Shown: positions 42,545 to 52,790, numbered from the stretch's first letter. The stretch is 64,000 nucleotides of DNA from Elusimicrobiaceae bacterium (GCA_017546175.1 JAFYXM010000003.1:51370-115369); one strand, 5' to 3'. Notes: generated by a model not told the origin, from the sequence alone. Program-made: numbers and translations.

Positions 42545-43564
42545 ATGGAATTATTTGAACAACCCATCTATTTCTTGTATTTTATCGGCGCCTTGGCTGC
42601 CGTAGGGATTATTTTTTGGTCGGGACGTAAGCTCAAAGCGCGTGTTTTGTCCGCGTTGTTTGGTCCGTTAGCTTACAGACGTTTATTAGGTGGAGAAGAT
42701 GCGTTTAAAAAGTTAAAAACCGTTTTATTTCTTCTCGGATTGTTTTTTCTCTTTACCGCTTTGGCAAAACCTCAATGGGGGTTGGAAATTGTAAAGGCGG
42801 AAGGAAACTTTGTGCAAGCGGTAATCGCTATAGACGTATCCGCCTCCATGCGCGCCAGAGATGTGCAGCCGGACCGGTTAACCAGTGCCAAAAACATGCT
42901 GCGTATGCTTATTTCCCATTTAAAAAACGAACGTATCGGATTAATCGCTTTTACTTCTGAAGCTTTTGTGCAATGTCCTATTACCACGGATGAAGAAGCA
43001 TTAAAATATTTTATTTCTTCTCTCAATACGGACATGATTCCCTCGGCCGGTACCTCTTTGGCAGCCCCGGTCAAATTGGCCGCGCACATGCTATCTAAAT
43101 ACCCCGGTAAAAAGGCCTTAATTTTACTTACTGACGGTGAAGACCACGAGCCGCAAGAATTAAAAGAAGCTCAAACCATAGCCCAAAAAGAAGGCATTAA
43201 AATTATTGCCATAGGTATCGGCACGACGCAAGGGGAATTAATTCCGCAAAGAACAGATGTATCGGGCAGAATTTTAGAGTATAAAAAAGACCGCGAAGGA
43301 AAAACGGTTGTTACCAAATTAGATGAAAAAAGTTTAGCCGCTTTAGCCGCCGCTACCGAAGGAGTATATATAAAATATACCACCCCTGCACAAGTAGCGG
43401 AAAAAGTGGAACAAGCCATGCGCAATTTGGACCGCAGTCGTTCCGCCGCCTCTGCCAGAGCCGGATATAAAAACCGTTATCAAATACCGCTTTTCTTGGC
43501 TATCTTGTGTTTGGCAGGGTGGATATTATTGCCTTACAGACCGAAGGCGGTTCAAAAAAAGTAA
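42545..43564 (+). CDS. batB: BatB-like vWA-domain membrane protein
   Basis: Motifs IDVSASM, LLTDGEDHE; terminal TM. Confidence 0.8.
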   Translation: MELFEQPIYFLYFIGALAAVGIIFWSGRKLKARVLSALFGPLAYRRLLGGEDAFKKLKTVLFLLGLFFLFTALAKPQWGLEIVKAEGNFVQAVIAIDVSASMRARDVQPDRLTSAKNMLRMLISHLKNERIGLIAFTSEAFVQCPITTDEEALKYFISSLNTDMIPSAGTSLAAPVKLAAHMLSKYPGKKALILLTDGEDHEPQELKEAQTIAQKEGIKIIAIGIGTTQGELIPQRTDVSGRILEYKKDREGKTVVTKLDEKSLAALAAATEGVYIKYTTPAQVAEKVEQAMRNLDRSRSAASARAGYKNRYQIPLFLAILCLAGWILLPYRPKAVQKK

Positions 43565-43578
43565 AATAGAGGCTATAT

Positions 43579-44235
43579 ATGAAAAAATTATTTTTTCTTT
43601 TCCTTTTTCTTTTTTTCACACAGGCCCTTTTTGCAGGTGTGCGGGGGCAATTGCGCCAAGGCGGTAAGTTTTACAATGATCAAAAATACGGTTCTGCGTT
43701 AAATCATTACAACGAAGTATTAAAGAAAAATCCCAATAATCAACAAGCCCTTTTTAATGCAGGCAATGCTTATTACCGCTTAAACGAATATACCCAAGCG
43801 GAAGAAGCTTTCAAAAAAGCGGCCGAACTCTCCGGAGATTACGGGCAACATGCTTTATTTAATTTAGGAAATACCTATTATAAAGCCGGCAAAAAAGAAG
43901 AAGCCAAAAAAGCTTTCCAAGAGGCTATCCTGAAAGACGGCTCCGATAAAGAGGCCATGCACAATTTGCAGTTGATTTTGCAAGAAGAACAACAACAAAA
44001 GCAAAACAATCAAAATAATAATCAAAATCAAAACAATAACTCTGATAATCAAGATCAGCAAGATGATAACAATCAGGCTCAAGCGCCCGACCAACAAAAT
44101 GACAATCAAAAGCAACAAGGCCAACTTAGCAAAAGTGATGCAGACCGTATTATGTCTATGGCGCGGGAAAATGAGCAAAAATCTCCTTCCGGCAGCCGTG
44201 GGAGGCCTGAAAAAATAGTAGATAAGGATTGGTAA
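43579..44235 (+). CDS. batC: BatC-like TPR protein with a Q/N/D-rich low-complexity tail
   Basis: TPR units (ALFNAGNAYYRLNEYTQAEEAFKKA...). The tail is QEEQQQKQNNQNNNQNQNNNSDNQDQQDDNNQ... Confidence 0.7.
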   Translation: MKKLFFLFLFLFFTQALFAGVRGQLRQGGKFYNDQKYGSALNHYNEVLKKNPNNQQALFNAGNAYYRLNEYTQAEEAFKKAAELSGDYGQHALFNLGNTYYKAGKKEEAKKAFQEAILKDGSDKEAMHNLQLILQEEQQQKQNNQNNNQNQNNNSDNQDQQDDNNQAQAPDQQNDNQKQQGQLSKSDADRIMSMARENEQKSPSGSRGRPEKIVDKDW

Positions 44236-44237
44236 AT

Positions 44238-46055
44238 ATGTGGAAACTCTTTTTATTATCTTTTTGTTTTTGGATTTTTCCGTTTCCGGCTCAAGCGGCA
44301 TTAGATTTAAACGGAGTGTCCATTACGGCTTCTGTCAACAAAACTTCCATTACGTTGGAAGATGAACTTTCCTTAACGGTCACCATAGAAGGTGCAGCCG
44401 GAGAAATTGTACCTCAGTTGCCCAGTATGCCAGCGTTTAATGTATATCAGCGCTCTTTTGTACAACAAACCAATAATTTTCATATTACCACCACTTACCA
44501 ATATGTTTTATTGCCTCGTTTTCCGGGAAAAACGACGATTGGCCCTATTACGCTAGATTACGGAAATAAAACTTATAAAACAGATCCTATCTCCGTAACG
44601 GTATATCGTTCCCCCCGTCAACCGGCCCAAACAAAAACACGAAATACAACATCAACGGCCACACAGAAAAAAGCCAAACAGTATGCCCAAGCTCCGGCCG
44701 ATATGCCTGCTCTGGAAAAAGACCTTTATAATAGAGCGGCACGTTTAGGCAATAAAGACTATTTTATGGTGGCAGCCGTTAGTGACAAAACCCCTTATGC
44801 CAATCAAACCATTACATTGGCCGTTAGATTTTATTATGCCCGCCCTTTTATGGGTACTGCCCCCTATACTGCCCCCGCCATTAATAATTTATTTATGGAA
44901 GAAATCGGACGCTCCGAAGGACGTCAAATTATTGACGGAAAAACATATATTTATACAGAAATTCGCTACTCTTTATCCGGGGTTACCGCTACGGAAGCCA
45001 GCATCGGGCCGGCTTCCATTAAGTACGTACCGGAAACGCGCTTAAATTTGTCCATGTTTGACAAAATGTTTGCCACTATGGGGCAAGAGCCGCAAACCGT
45101 ACAATCTAATTCCATTTCTTTGCAAATTCGCCCTGTACCTACTTTTGCCCAACCCAAAAGCTTTTACGGAGCAGTAGGAAGCGGATATACTGTTTCCGCC
45201 ACCGTTGACCGCGAAGAAGTGGAAGCCGGAGATGCCATTAATCTAACCGTAAAAGTAAATGGTCCCGGCAACCTAAAGCCTACGTCAGACTTAAAATTGC
45301 CTACGATTGCCGGATTCAAGACCTATGATGTGGTGTCCACTTCCGGTATGGTACCAACCAACGGAGAACTCAGAAGTTACAAAATTTTCAAAACGGTTTT
45401 GGTGCCGGCCGCTTCAGGCACCTACAGCATACCGTCTTTGCCGTGGTCTTTCTTTGACCCCGATACCCATGATTACCGCACTATTTATACCGAGCCTATC
45501 TCCGTAAAAGTAACCCCCAGCACCCAAGCCGATGCCGGATTTGATTTTTCAAATCAGCAAGACTTGGGGAACGGGTTTAGGCAATTAGGGCGCGATATTT
45601 TGTATTTAAAATCAAACTTAAATACCGATACAGACAGCTTTTTGTCCAAAATCGGGAAAATGAATTGGCTCATATATATAGCCTTAATTGCTTTAGGCTT
45701 ATGCGGCCTCTTTGCTTTTGCAGATAAAAAGACATTGGCCCAAAAACATGCTTTAGCCAAAGCCAAAGCACAACTTAAGAACGCTTATCACGAAGAGGTC
45801 ATATCCGATACATTAAGCACTTACTTGCAGGTGCGTTATCAGGTAAATACGGGCAGTCTGCCGCTGAGAGAGATTTCAGCCGCGTTAAAGCAGAAATCTT
45901 GCCCCTCTGCCTTGATAGAGAGATTTGAAGTTTTATGGCAAAAGTTAGATGCAGCGCGTTTTGCTCCGGTAGATATGCAAGGCGAAGGAACGCACGAACT
46001 GGCCGCGCAGGCATTAGAGCTGATTAAAGACATGGATAAGGAGAGTAAAAAATGA
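44238..46055 (+). CDS. batD: BatD-like (oxygen tolerance family) protein
   Basis: Signal peptide, repeated beta-sandwich-like regions, a C-terminal TM, and operon position. ATG at 44238 preferred over the TTG at 44229. Confidence 0.7.
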   Translation: MWKLFLLSFCFWIFPFPAQAALDLNGVSITASVNKTSITLEDELSLTVTIEGAAGEIVPQLPSMPAFNVYQRSFVQQTNNFHITTTYQYVLLPRFPGKTTIGPITLDYGNKTYKTDPISVTVYRSPRQPAQTKTRNTTSTATQKKAKQYAQAPADMPALEKDLYNRAARLGNKDYFMVAAVSDKTPYANQTITLAVRFYYARPFMGTAPYTAPAINNLFMEEIGRSEGRQIIDGKTYIYTEIRYSLSGVTATEASIGPASIKYVPETRLNLSMFDKMFATMGQEPQTVQSNSISLQIRPVPTFAQPKSFYGAVGSGYTVSATVDREEVEAGDAINLTVKVNGPGNLKPTSDLKLPTIAGFKTYDVVSTSGMVPTNGELRSYKIFKTVLVPAASGTYSIPSLPWSFFDPDTHDYRTIYTEPISVKVTPSTQADAGFDFSNQQDLGNGFRQLGRDILYLKSNLNTDTDSFLSKIGKMNWLIYIALIALGLCGLFAFADKKTLAQKHALAKAKAQLKNAYHEEVISDTLSTYLQVRYQVNTGSLPLREISAALKQKSCPSALIERFEVLWQKLDAARFAPVDMQGEGTHELAAQALELIKDMDKESKK

Positions 46056-46771
46056 AAAGATATCTTTTAGCTTTCTTATTGGCTTGCTGTTGTGCTTTTT
46101 CTCTCCATGCCGGTGATTTGCAAGAAGCTGAGCAATATTATCGGGAGGGACGCTTTGCCGCGGCTTTGGGAGCTTATGAAAATTTGCTCAAAAACTACCC
46201 AAACGACCCTCATCTTTACTACAATATAGGAAACTGCTATTTCAAAATGGGTAGCCGAGGGTTAGCCATAGCCAATTATTACCGCGCTTTCCGTTTGGCC
46301 CCCAGAGATACAGATATTCGGCATAATCTGACCCTGTCTTTAGAAGCGGCAGGAGAGCGGTTTGTGCCGGCGGGAATGCCCGTTATTTTACACAAAGCAT
46401 TCTTTAGTTTGACAATTTTGGAATTAAAGGGCCTAACGATCCTTTCTTTATTGTTGTTTTGTGTTTTAGCAGGGTTTTGGCTCTGTAAACGCAAAGCAGG
46501 GTGGTTGGTTTGTATTTCTTTGGCCGTTCTGTTGTTGATGAGCGGTTGGTATTTTTGCAGAGATCATGCCGACGCAGTTTCTTTAGCGGTAGTGGCTGCT
46601 CCCACAGCCGAGCTTAGAAGCGGCCCGGGAAACAACTTCCCCGCCAGTGCCAACGTGGCCCAAGGCCATTTGTTGGTCGTGCTGGACTCTAAAGACCATT
46701 GGGACGAAGTGATTATCAAATCCCAAGCAATCAAAGGCTGGATAGCCGCCAATGATTTAGAAAAAATATAG
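46052..46771 (+). CDS. batE: BatE-like TPR plus SH3-like protein
   Basis: TPR units (YYNIGNCYFKMG...), TMs, and a C-terminal SH3-like segment (LRSGPG...GHLLVVLDSKDHWDEV...GWI). Confidence 0.7.
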   Translation: MKRYLLAFLLACCCAFSLHAGDLQEAEQYYREGRFAAALGAYENLLKNYPNDPHLYYNIGNCYFKMGSRGLAIANYYRAFRLAPRDTDIRHNLTLSLEAAGERFVPAGMPVILHKAFFSLTILELKGLTILSLLLFCVLAGFWLCKRKAGWLVCISLAVLLLMSGWYFCRDHADAVSLAVVAAPTAELRSGPGNNFPASANVAQGHLLVVLDSKDHWDEVIIKSQAIKGWIAANDLEKI

Positions 46772-46783
46772 AGGAATTTATAT

Positions 46784-47341
46784 ATGTTTTTACACAAAGA
46801 AGCCGATGAACTAATTGCAGCCGTTACGTACGTCAAAGAGAATTTGGCAGAAAAAGTGGAAGAGTTAGCCAATCAAATCATTGTTGCTTTTAACAATGGT
46901 AAAAAAGTGATTTTAATGGGAAACGGCGGCAGCGCCGGTGATGCACAACATATTGCGGCAGAGTTTGTGGGACGTTTTAAAAAAGAGCGCAAATCTTTCC
47001 CTGCTATTGCTTTAAATACCAACACCTCTACTTTGACGGCCGTTGGCAATGATTACGGGTATGATGTTGTTTTTTCCCGTCAAATAGACGGCTTTGCTCA
47101 GCAAGGGGATGTGGTTATCGGTATCTCTACTTCCGGAAACAGTAAAAATGTAGAACTGGCCTTAGAACTGGCCAAAAAACGTGGTTGTTATACGGCCGCT
47201 CTTTTGGGTAAAGACGGCGGAACAATCAAAGACAAGGTAGATTTGCCTATTATCGTAAAATGGCCCAATACGCCCCGCGTACAAGAGTGTCATATTTTTA
47301 TCGGTCACAGTGTGTGTGACTTGGTGGATCAAGCTTTTTAG
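46784..47341 (+). CDS. gmhA: phosphoheptose isomerase (SIS domain)
   Basis: Motifs GNGGSAGDAQHIAAEFVGRF, GISTSGNSKNV, VQECHIFIGH. Confidence 0.85.
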   Translation: MFLHKEADELIAAVTYVKENLAEKVEELANQIIVAFNNGKKVILMGNGGSAGDAQHIAAEFVGRFKKERKSFPAIALNTNTSTLTAVGNDYGYDVVFSRQIDGFAQQGDVVIGISTSGNSKNVELALELAKKRGCYTAALLGKDGGTIKDKVDLPIIVKWPNTPRVQECHIFIGHSVCDLVDQAF

Positions 47342-47349
47342 GAGAATCT

Positions 47350-47796
47350 ATGAAAGTAGCCGTTGCCTGTGATCATGCCGGATTTCCTTTGAAAGAAACC
47401 GTCGTCAATAAAATCAAATCTTTAGGCCATGAGGTCATTAACTGCGGTACAGATGATACCCAACGGGTAGATTTTCCCGATCATGCTGCCAAAGCGGGCC
47501 ACCTGCTGCAAGCCCAAGAAGCGGACCGTGCCGTACTCATTTGCGGAAGCGGTATCGGTATGTGTATTGCGGCCAATAAAATGCACGGTGTATATGCCTG
47601 TGTGTGTCACGACAGTTACTCTGCCCGCCAAGGTGTGGAGCATGATGCCATGAACGCTCTTTGCTTAGGTGCTATGGTCATCGGGCAAAACTTGGCTGAA
47701 GTATTGGTAGAAGAATTTTTAAAAGCCGAATATTTTAATACCGGCAATTACAAAAAACGCGTAAATAAAATTTTAGCGTTAGAAGAAAAATTTTAA
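47350..47796 (+). CDS. rpiB: ribose-5-phosphate isomerase B
   Basis: Motifs VACDHAGFPLKE, LICGSGIGMCIAANK. Confidence 0.9.
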   Translation: MKVAVACDHAGFPLKETVVNKIKSLGHEVINCGTDDTQRVDFPDHAAKAGHLLQAQEADRAVLICGSGIGMCIAANKMHGVYACVCHDSYSARQGVEHDAMNALCLGAMVIGQNLAEVLVEEFLKAEYFNTGNYKKRVNKILALEEKF

Positions 47797-47814
47797 AACT
47801 TGAAATAAGGATGT

Positions 47815-49488
47815 ATGACCCCTATGAAAATGAACGCAAACCCCATGGCGGAAGGGATTATCCGCGAAGGTATTATTAAATTGGAAAACTTGGACTTTAA
47901 CGGTAAATTTTGGTCTAAAGATCCTACTTTGTGGAAAAAAGATCCCGAACACCAAGAGCTTATTAAAAACTTTTTGGGCTGGCAAAAAGTCTATGACTGG
48001 ACATTAGAACACATTGAAGATGTACTCAATTTTGCCCAAGAAGCCAAAAAAGATTATAAATATTGCGTGGTTATGGGAATGGGCGGCAGCAGCTTAGCGC
48101 CCGAAGTATTTCGCACTTTGTTCGGCAAGCAATCCGGCTATCCGGAACTTTTTGTATTAGACAGCACCAACCCCGATTGGGTGGCTGATGTCCGCAGCAA
48201 AATTAATCCGGCCGAAACCCTTTTTATCTTTGCCAGCAAATCTGGCGGTACGGTGGAGCCGTCTTCTCAGTTTGCTTATTTCTTTGAGGAAGTCAAAAAA
48301 GCCGGCGTCAAAAATGCGGGTCATCATTTTATCGCCATTACTGATGCCAACACCGGCTTACAGGAATTGGCTAAGAAAAATAAATTCCGCAAAATTTTTA
48401 CCAACCCTTCCGATATTGGCGGTCGTTTTTCCGCTTTGTCTTTCTTTGGTATCGTGCCTGCCGCCATCATGGGCGTGGACGTAGTAAAAATTTTAACCAA
48501 AGCCAAAGAAGCAGCCCTGACATATGCCGCCGATGCTCCGGTAAAAGACAATTTAGCCGTCAAATTGGGTGCTTATATGGGGGCTTGCTACTCCAATCAC
48601 AGCAAAGACAAAATGACGGTTTTAGCCCCGCAAGAAATAGCCACCTTCGGTTTGTGGGCTGAGCAATTGGTTGCAGAATCTACCGGTAAAGAAGGCAAAG
48701 GGATTGTACCTGTGGTGGGTGAAGCTTTGCACCGCAACTTTGACTACCGCGAAGACCGCTTTTTTGTATATTTAGCCGCAGACACGGACGATAACAAACG
48801 CGTGGCCGAAATTGCCAAAGATTTGGCCGAAAGAGGCTTCCCTATCGTCACGATTTGCATGGAAGACAATTATCAATTAGGCGCCATGTATCTCTTGTGG
48901 GAAATTGCCACCGCCGCTGCCGGTGCTATTTTAGCCATTGATCCTTTTGATCAACCCAATGTGCAAGAAGCTAAAACCTTGACCAAAAACGTCCTGTCCA
49001 AACTTTCTGCCGGAGATATCCCTGCCGAAGTAACGGCTCCGTTAATTGTCTCTAAAGATTTGGCTGATGAAGTAAAGCTAAATACCTTAGCTCAAGATTT
49101 CTATTCCATATTAGAAAGCAATGATTATGTGGCTATTCTGCCCTATTTATGGCCTTCTAAAGAAATTGACGAAGCCTTGAACCAGTTGCGCGATAAAATC
49201 TTGTGCCGCACCAAACGCTCCGTCGTATTTGGTTACGGTCCGCGCTACCTGCACTCCAGCGGTCAGCTGCACAAAGGCGACGGCAACAACGGTGTCTTCC
49301 TCTTGATCTCTGCTGATCCGCAAGAAGACGTCAAGATCCCGGGTCAAAGCTATACGTTCGGTCAGCTTTGTAACGCGCAAGCCTTGGGTGATTTCCAAGC
49401 CTTGGAAAACAAAGGCCGCCGCGTAGTGAAGTTGCACTTGCAACAACCCGTAGCTCAAGCTATCAAAAAACTGAGCGACTTATTCTAG
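47815..49488 (+). CDS. pgi: glucose-6-phosphate isomerase (the PGI type also seen in transaldolase-PGI fusions)
   Basis: Motifs MGMGGSSLAPEV, FIFASKSGGTVEP, DIGGRFSALS, ESTGKEGKGI. Confidence 0.8.
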   Translation: MTPMKMNANPMAEGIIREGIIKLENLDFNGKFWSKDPTLWKKDPEHQELIKNFLGWQKVYDWTLEHIEDVLNFAQEAKKDYKYCVVMGMGGSSLAPEVFRTLFGKQSGYPELFVLDSTNPDWVADVRSKINPAETLFIFASKSGGTVEPSSQFAYFFEEVKKAGVKNAGHHFIAITDANTGLQELAKKNKFRKIFTNPSDIGGRFSALSFFGIVPAAIMGVDVVKILTKAKEAALTYAADAPVKDNLAVKLGAYMGACYSNHSKDKMTVLAPQEIATFGLWAEQLVAESTGKEGKGIVPVVGEALHRNFDYREDRFFVYLAADTDDNKRVAEIAKDLAERGFPIVTICMEDNYQLGAMYLLWEIATAAAGAILAIDPFDQPNVQEAKTLTKNVLSKLSAGDIPAEVTAPLIVSKDLADEVKLNTLAQDFYSILESNDYVAILPYLWPSKEIDEALNQLRDKILCRTKRSVVFGYGPRYLHSSGQLHKGDGNNGVFLLISADPQEDVKIPGQSYTFGQLCNAQALGDFQALENKGRRVVKLHLQQPVAQAIKKLSDLF

Positions 49489-49497
49489 TTTTACCTC

Positions 49498-49527
49498 AAG
49501 GCGGCGCCTGTAACGCCGCCTTTTTTA
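49498..49527 (+). terminator. Rho-independent terminator after pgi
   Basis: AAGGCGGCG-CCTGTAA-CGCCGCCTT followed by TTTT. Confidence 0.8.
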
Positions 49528-49534
49528 TGTATTT

Positions 49535-50764
49535 ATGAAAAAACTTTTTATCCAAACTTACGGCTGTCAAATGAATATTGCCGACTCTGAGGAAATGGCC
49601 GCTCACCTCTTAGCGCGCGGTTATATGCCGACGGAAAACTTAGATGAGGCAGATTTAGCTCTTATCAATACCTGCACCGTGCGCGACCATGCCGAGCACC
49701 GCGCCCTTTCCTTTTTGGGTCGCTTGCGCAAGTGGAAACGGGAAAACCCCAAACGCATCATCATTTTTGCAGGGTGCGCCGCGCAACGTCTGGGTGAAAA
49801 GCTTAAAAAAACGTTTCCTTATTTAGATTTAGTTTCAGGGGCCAAAGAAATAGACCGTTTTGCCGAGCTATTAGACAATAGTGCCCTTTTTATCCCTTCC
49901 GGCACTCAAGAAAACAAACCTCAAAGCTCTATTACAGGATATGTCACCATTATGCGCGGGTGCGATTTTGAATGCAGCTACTGCATTGTGCCGTCCGTAC
50001 GCGGCCCGGTGCAATGTTTACCCTCCGCTGAAATTTTGAAAAATGCCGCTCAAAAGGCCGCCCAAGGATATAAAGAAATCGTACTTTTAGGCCAAACGGT
50101 CAATGCATGGAAAGAAGAAGGCAAAACTTTTGCAGATTTACTCAACGAAGTTTCTTCCATTGAAGGAGTGGAGCGAGTGCGTTTTGTCAGTCCGCACCCT
50201 ATTTTCATCACAAACGATTTTTTAAAAGCAGTGGAAAACAACCCCAAAATTGCCCGTCACATTCATTTGCCGGTACAAAGCGGATCCACTAAAGTTTTAC
50301 AAGAAATGAAGCGCGGCTACAGCCGTGAAATTCTATTGGAAAAATTGGACGCTTTAAAAAAGCGCGGCTTTGCCATCAGCACTGATATTATTGTGGGTTT
50401 CCCGACAGAGACGGAAGCAGATTTCCAAGAAACGCTCTCTTTGGTGGAGCGGGTGCATTTCTCGGCGGCGTATTGCTTTAAATACTCCCCCCGCCAAGGC
50501 ACCCCTGCTGCGGAAATGACACTATTTCCTGAAAAAATACTGGAAGAAAGACTGGATATTTTGTTAAATAAAGTGAAGGGTTTGGCAGAAAGCGCCTACC
50601 GCGCCCAACTGGGCAAACCCGTACAGATTTTAATGGAAACGCCGAATAAGGGCCGCACGTCGGACAATTTTTGGGCACAAACTCAAAAAGAATATCCCAT
50701 AGGCTCTGTGGTAAACACGGAAGTTGTGTCCGTGGAAGATACTTTACTTTTGACGAGGGACTAA
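49535..50764 (+). CDS. miaB: radical-SAM methylthiotransferase MiaB family
   Basis: UPF0004 N-domain (QTYGCQMN), radical-SAM motif CDFECSYC, and a TRAM-like C-terminus. Confidence 0.85.
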   Translation: MKKLFIQTYGCQMNIADSEEMAAHLLARGYMPTENLDEADLALINTCTVRDHAEHRALSFLGRLRKWKRENPKRIIIFAGCAAQRLGEKLKKTFPYLDLVSGAKEIDRFAELLDNSALFIPSGTQENKPQSSITGYVTIMRGCDFECSYCIVPSVRGPVQCLPSAEILKNAAQKAAQGYKEIVLLGQTVNAWKEEGKTFADLLNEVSSIEGVERVRFVSPHPIFITNDFLKAVENNPKIARHIHLPVQSGSTKVLQEMKRGYSREILLEKLDALKKRGFAISTDIIVGFPTETEADFQETLSLVERVHFSAAYCFKYSPRQGTPAAEMTLFPEKILEERLDILLNKVKGLAESAYRAQLGKPVQILMETPNKGRTSDNFWAQTQKEYPIGSVVNTEVVSVEDTLLLTRD

Positions 50765-50766
50765 TT

Positions 50767-51231
50767 ATGACTAAACAAACTTTTTCCGAAAAACGTAAAC
50801 ACCGCCGCATGCCGGTAATCAGCAATTTAATTGAGCCGGTCAATTTGTATTACAAAACCCAAGACGGAAAAGAAACTTCTCTCGTGGCTATTTTGGCTGA
50901 TCTCTCTGCCTCCGGTATGCGCATGATCAGCTTTTTGGGAGCCCCGCTGGCCGATCACTTTTCTATCAGCTTGCAGTTACCTGCCATGGAAAAAATGGAA
51001 ATCAAAGCCCGCACAGCATGGCTGAAACAAAAAGAAAATGTTTTTACCGTGGGTATTGAGTTTACGGACATGAAGCCCGAAAATGCCGCCATTATCAGTG
51101 CCATGGCTGATGATTTTAATGATTGTGATACGCGCATTCTCTTGCGCTTGCCCGAAGTGTGTGTAGGCACCTGTAAAGCCTGCCGCATCTGCAACAAAAT
51201 TCAAAAAGACGAAACTTTATTTGAAGATTAA
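50767..51231 (+). CDS. PilZ-domain protein with a Cys-rich C-terminal tail
   Basis: RxxxR-like KHRRMPV and D.S..G motif ADLSASGMRM. The tail is CDTRILLRLPEVCVGTCKACRICNK. ATG at 50767, just after the miaB stop. Confidence 0.7.
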   Translation: MTKQTFSEKRKHRRMPVISNLIEPVNLYYKTQDGKETSLVAILADLSASGMRMISFLGAPLADHFSISLQLPAMEKMEIKARTAWLKQKENVFTVGIEFTDMKPENAAIISAMADDFNDCDTRILLRLPEVCVGTCKACRICNKIQKDETLFED

Positions 51232-51258
51232 AAATCATACTACTGCTAAAAAACCGCT

Positions 51259-51289
51259 CCAAAAGGGGCGGTTTTTTATTGCAAGCTAA
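51259..51289 (+). terminator. Rho-independent terminator after the PilZ gene
   Basis: AAAAAACCGC-TCCAAAAGGG-GCGGTTTTTT. Confidence 0.75.
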
Positions 51290-51306
51290 TTTACTAAAAT
51301 ATAGGT

Positions 51307-52242
51307 ATGAAACACATTGTGATAGCAGGCCCCACCGCCAGCGGAAAAACGGAACTGGCCTTAGCCTTGGCGCGCAAGCTCAATACGGAAATTATCTCTG
51401 CCGACTCTCGGCAGGTTTTCCGCGCGCTTACCGTCGGCACCGCTAAGCCGCAAGGCCATTGGCAAGACGGTAAATATCGGGTGGAAGGAGTACCCTATCA
51501 CTTGGTGGACTTTTTAGACCCGACGGAAAGCTTTGACGTTTCTTCTTTCTGCGCTTGCTCCCAAAAGCTGACGGACGGCGCCCCCGACAAACCCTTTATT
51601 TTTGCAGGCGGTACGGGTATGTATATCCATGCACATTTTGTGGGGTTGGACCCTCTTCCCCCCTCAGACCCTGCCTTGCGTGCAGAACTAACAGCTTTTG
51701 CCGAAAAAAACGGCAAAGAAGCCTTGCATGAGCGCCTTGCGCAATTGGACCCTGTTTCTGCCAATCAAATCCCTGTGGGCAATATTCAGCGCGTCATGCG
51801 CGCGGTGGAAATCAGCCTGCTCTCGGGCCAAGCGGCCTCTAGCTTAAAATCGGGCAATTTCTTTGGGCAGTTCCCTGCAGAAAAGGCTTTACTGGTATAT
51901 TTAAATTGGGATAAAGAATTGTTAAATAAGCGCATTGAACAGCGCACCCAAGCCATGCTCACCCCCATGGCAGAAGAAACGCGCGCTTTGCTTAGTAGCG
52001 GAGCAAGTGAAAATTGCAACGGCCTGAAAAGTCTGGGCTACCCACAAATTTTAGAATGGCTAAAAGGCGAAAAAAGTAAAGAAGAAACCTTGGAAAAAAT
52101 CATAACGCTCACCCGCCAATACGCCAAGCGCCAACGCACCTGGTTTAACCGATATAAAAATGCCCTGCGGTTGGACTTTTCTGCACCGCAGGACTTTGAC
52201 GTAGAAAAAATTACGGATAGAATTTTAGAAGAGTATAATTAA
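51307..52242 (+). CDS. miaA: tRNA dimethylallyltransferase
   Basis: Motifs IAGPTASGKT, ISADSRQVFR, TAKP, YAKRQRTWF. Confidence 0.92.
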   Translation: MKHIVIAGPTASGKTELALALARKLNTEIISADSRQVFRALTVGTAKPQGHWQDGKYRVEGVPYHLVDFLDPTESFDVSSFCACSQKLTDGAPDKPFIFAGGTGMYIHAHFVGLDPLPPSDPALRAELTAFAEKNGKEALHERLAQLDPVSANQIPVGNIQRVMRAVEISLLSGQAASSLKSGNFFGQFPAEKALLVYLNWDKELLNKRIEQRTQAMLTPMAEETRALLSSGASENCNGLKSLGYPQILEWLKGEKSKEETLEKIITLTRQYAKRQRTWFNRYKNALRLDFSAPQDFDVEKITDRILEEYN

Positions 52243-52715
52243 TCGTTCAATTCTCTAAGATCGGTTAATTCATATCCTTGGCTTTCTAAAGATTTACAAA
52301 TTTTATAGCCCAGATCCGTATGAGCCTCACAGAATTGTTTGCCGTCTTCAGATAAATACTTTACATATTCTACCCAGCTACTATCTTGATAACCGATATC
52401 ATAATTATCTTTTCTCTCGGTTATTGATATCCCTTGATCAAAAGAATATATATAATGTTTTGTAAGATAATCTCCGTCCCATTCGCCGCCACTTAGCTCC
52501 AAATAATCTTGTACACTTCCTATACAAACATTGTCATTTCCACATTCCAACGCACGCAATTTCACCTGCTCTTGTATGTATTTTAAATTACTCAAAGCTT
52601 CCGTCAAGCGTGCCTTTTCTACCGCCACGGTATATTGCGGTAAGGCCACCGCAGATAATATACCTATAATGAGTACCACTACTAACAGTTCTATCAATGT
52701 AAAACCTTTCTTCAT
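52239..52715 (-). CDS. type IV pilin-like / pseudopilin protein
   Basis: MKKGFTLIELLVVVLIIGILSAVALPQY... Confidence 0.85.
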   Translation of the reverse strand: MKKGFTLIELLVVVLIIGILSAVALPQYTVAVEKARLTEALSNLKYIQEQVKLRALECGNDNVCIGSVQDYLELSGGEWDGDYLTKHYIYSFDQGISITERKDNYDIGYQDSSWVEYVKYLSEDGKQFCEAHTDLGYKICKSLESQGYELTDLRELND

Positions 52716-52743
52716 TTCATTTCTCCTTTTTTAGTTTTTGCTT

Positions 52744-52790
52744 CAATTTTTCTTTCAAAAAAATTGTAGCAAAAAAAAAAAACCAGTCAA
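52744..52790 (-). promoter_or_regulatory. conserved pilin promoter cassette: TTGACT - 16 nt - (TGC)TACAAT, with a palindrome overlapping the -10
   Basis: -35 at 52785-52790 and -10 at 52763-52768 (minus-strand sense). Palindrome CAATTTTT / AAAAATTG at 52744-52766. Near-identical to the 26722-26768 cassette. Confidence 0.6.

Noticed and set aside
43960-44130. Q/N/D-rich stretch of BatC as a DNA tandem repeat or mobile insertion
   Set aside because: At the nucleotide level it is CAA/AAT-rich low complexity without a fixed repeat unit, and it is in frame within an otherwise normal TPR protein.
38601-46771. The MoxR-DUF58-vWA-TPR nine-gene cluster as a novel defence-like system
   Set aside because: Its gene order and domain content match the well-known Bacteroides aerotolerance (Bat) operon arrangement, so it is conserved and previously described.
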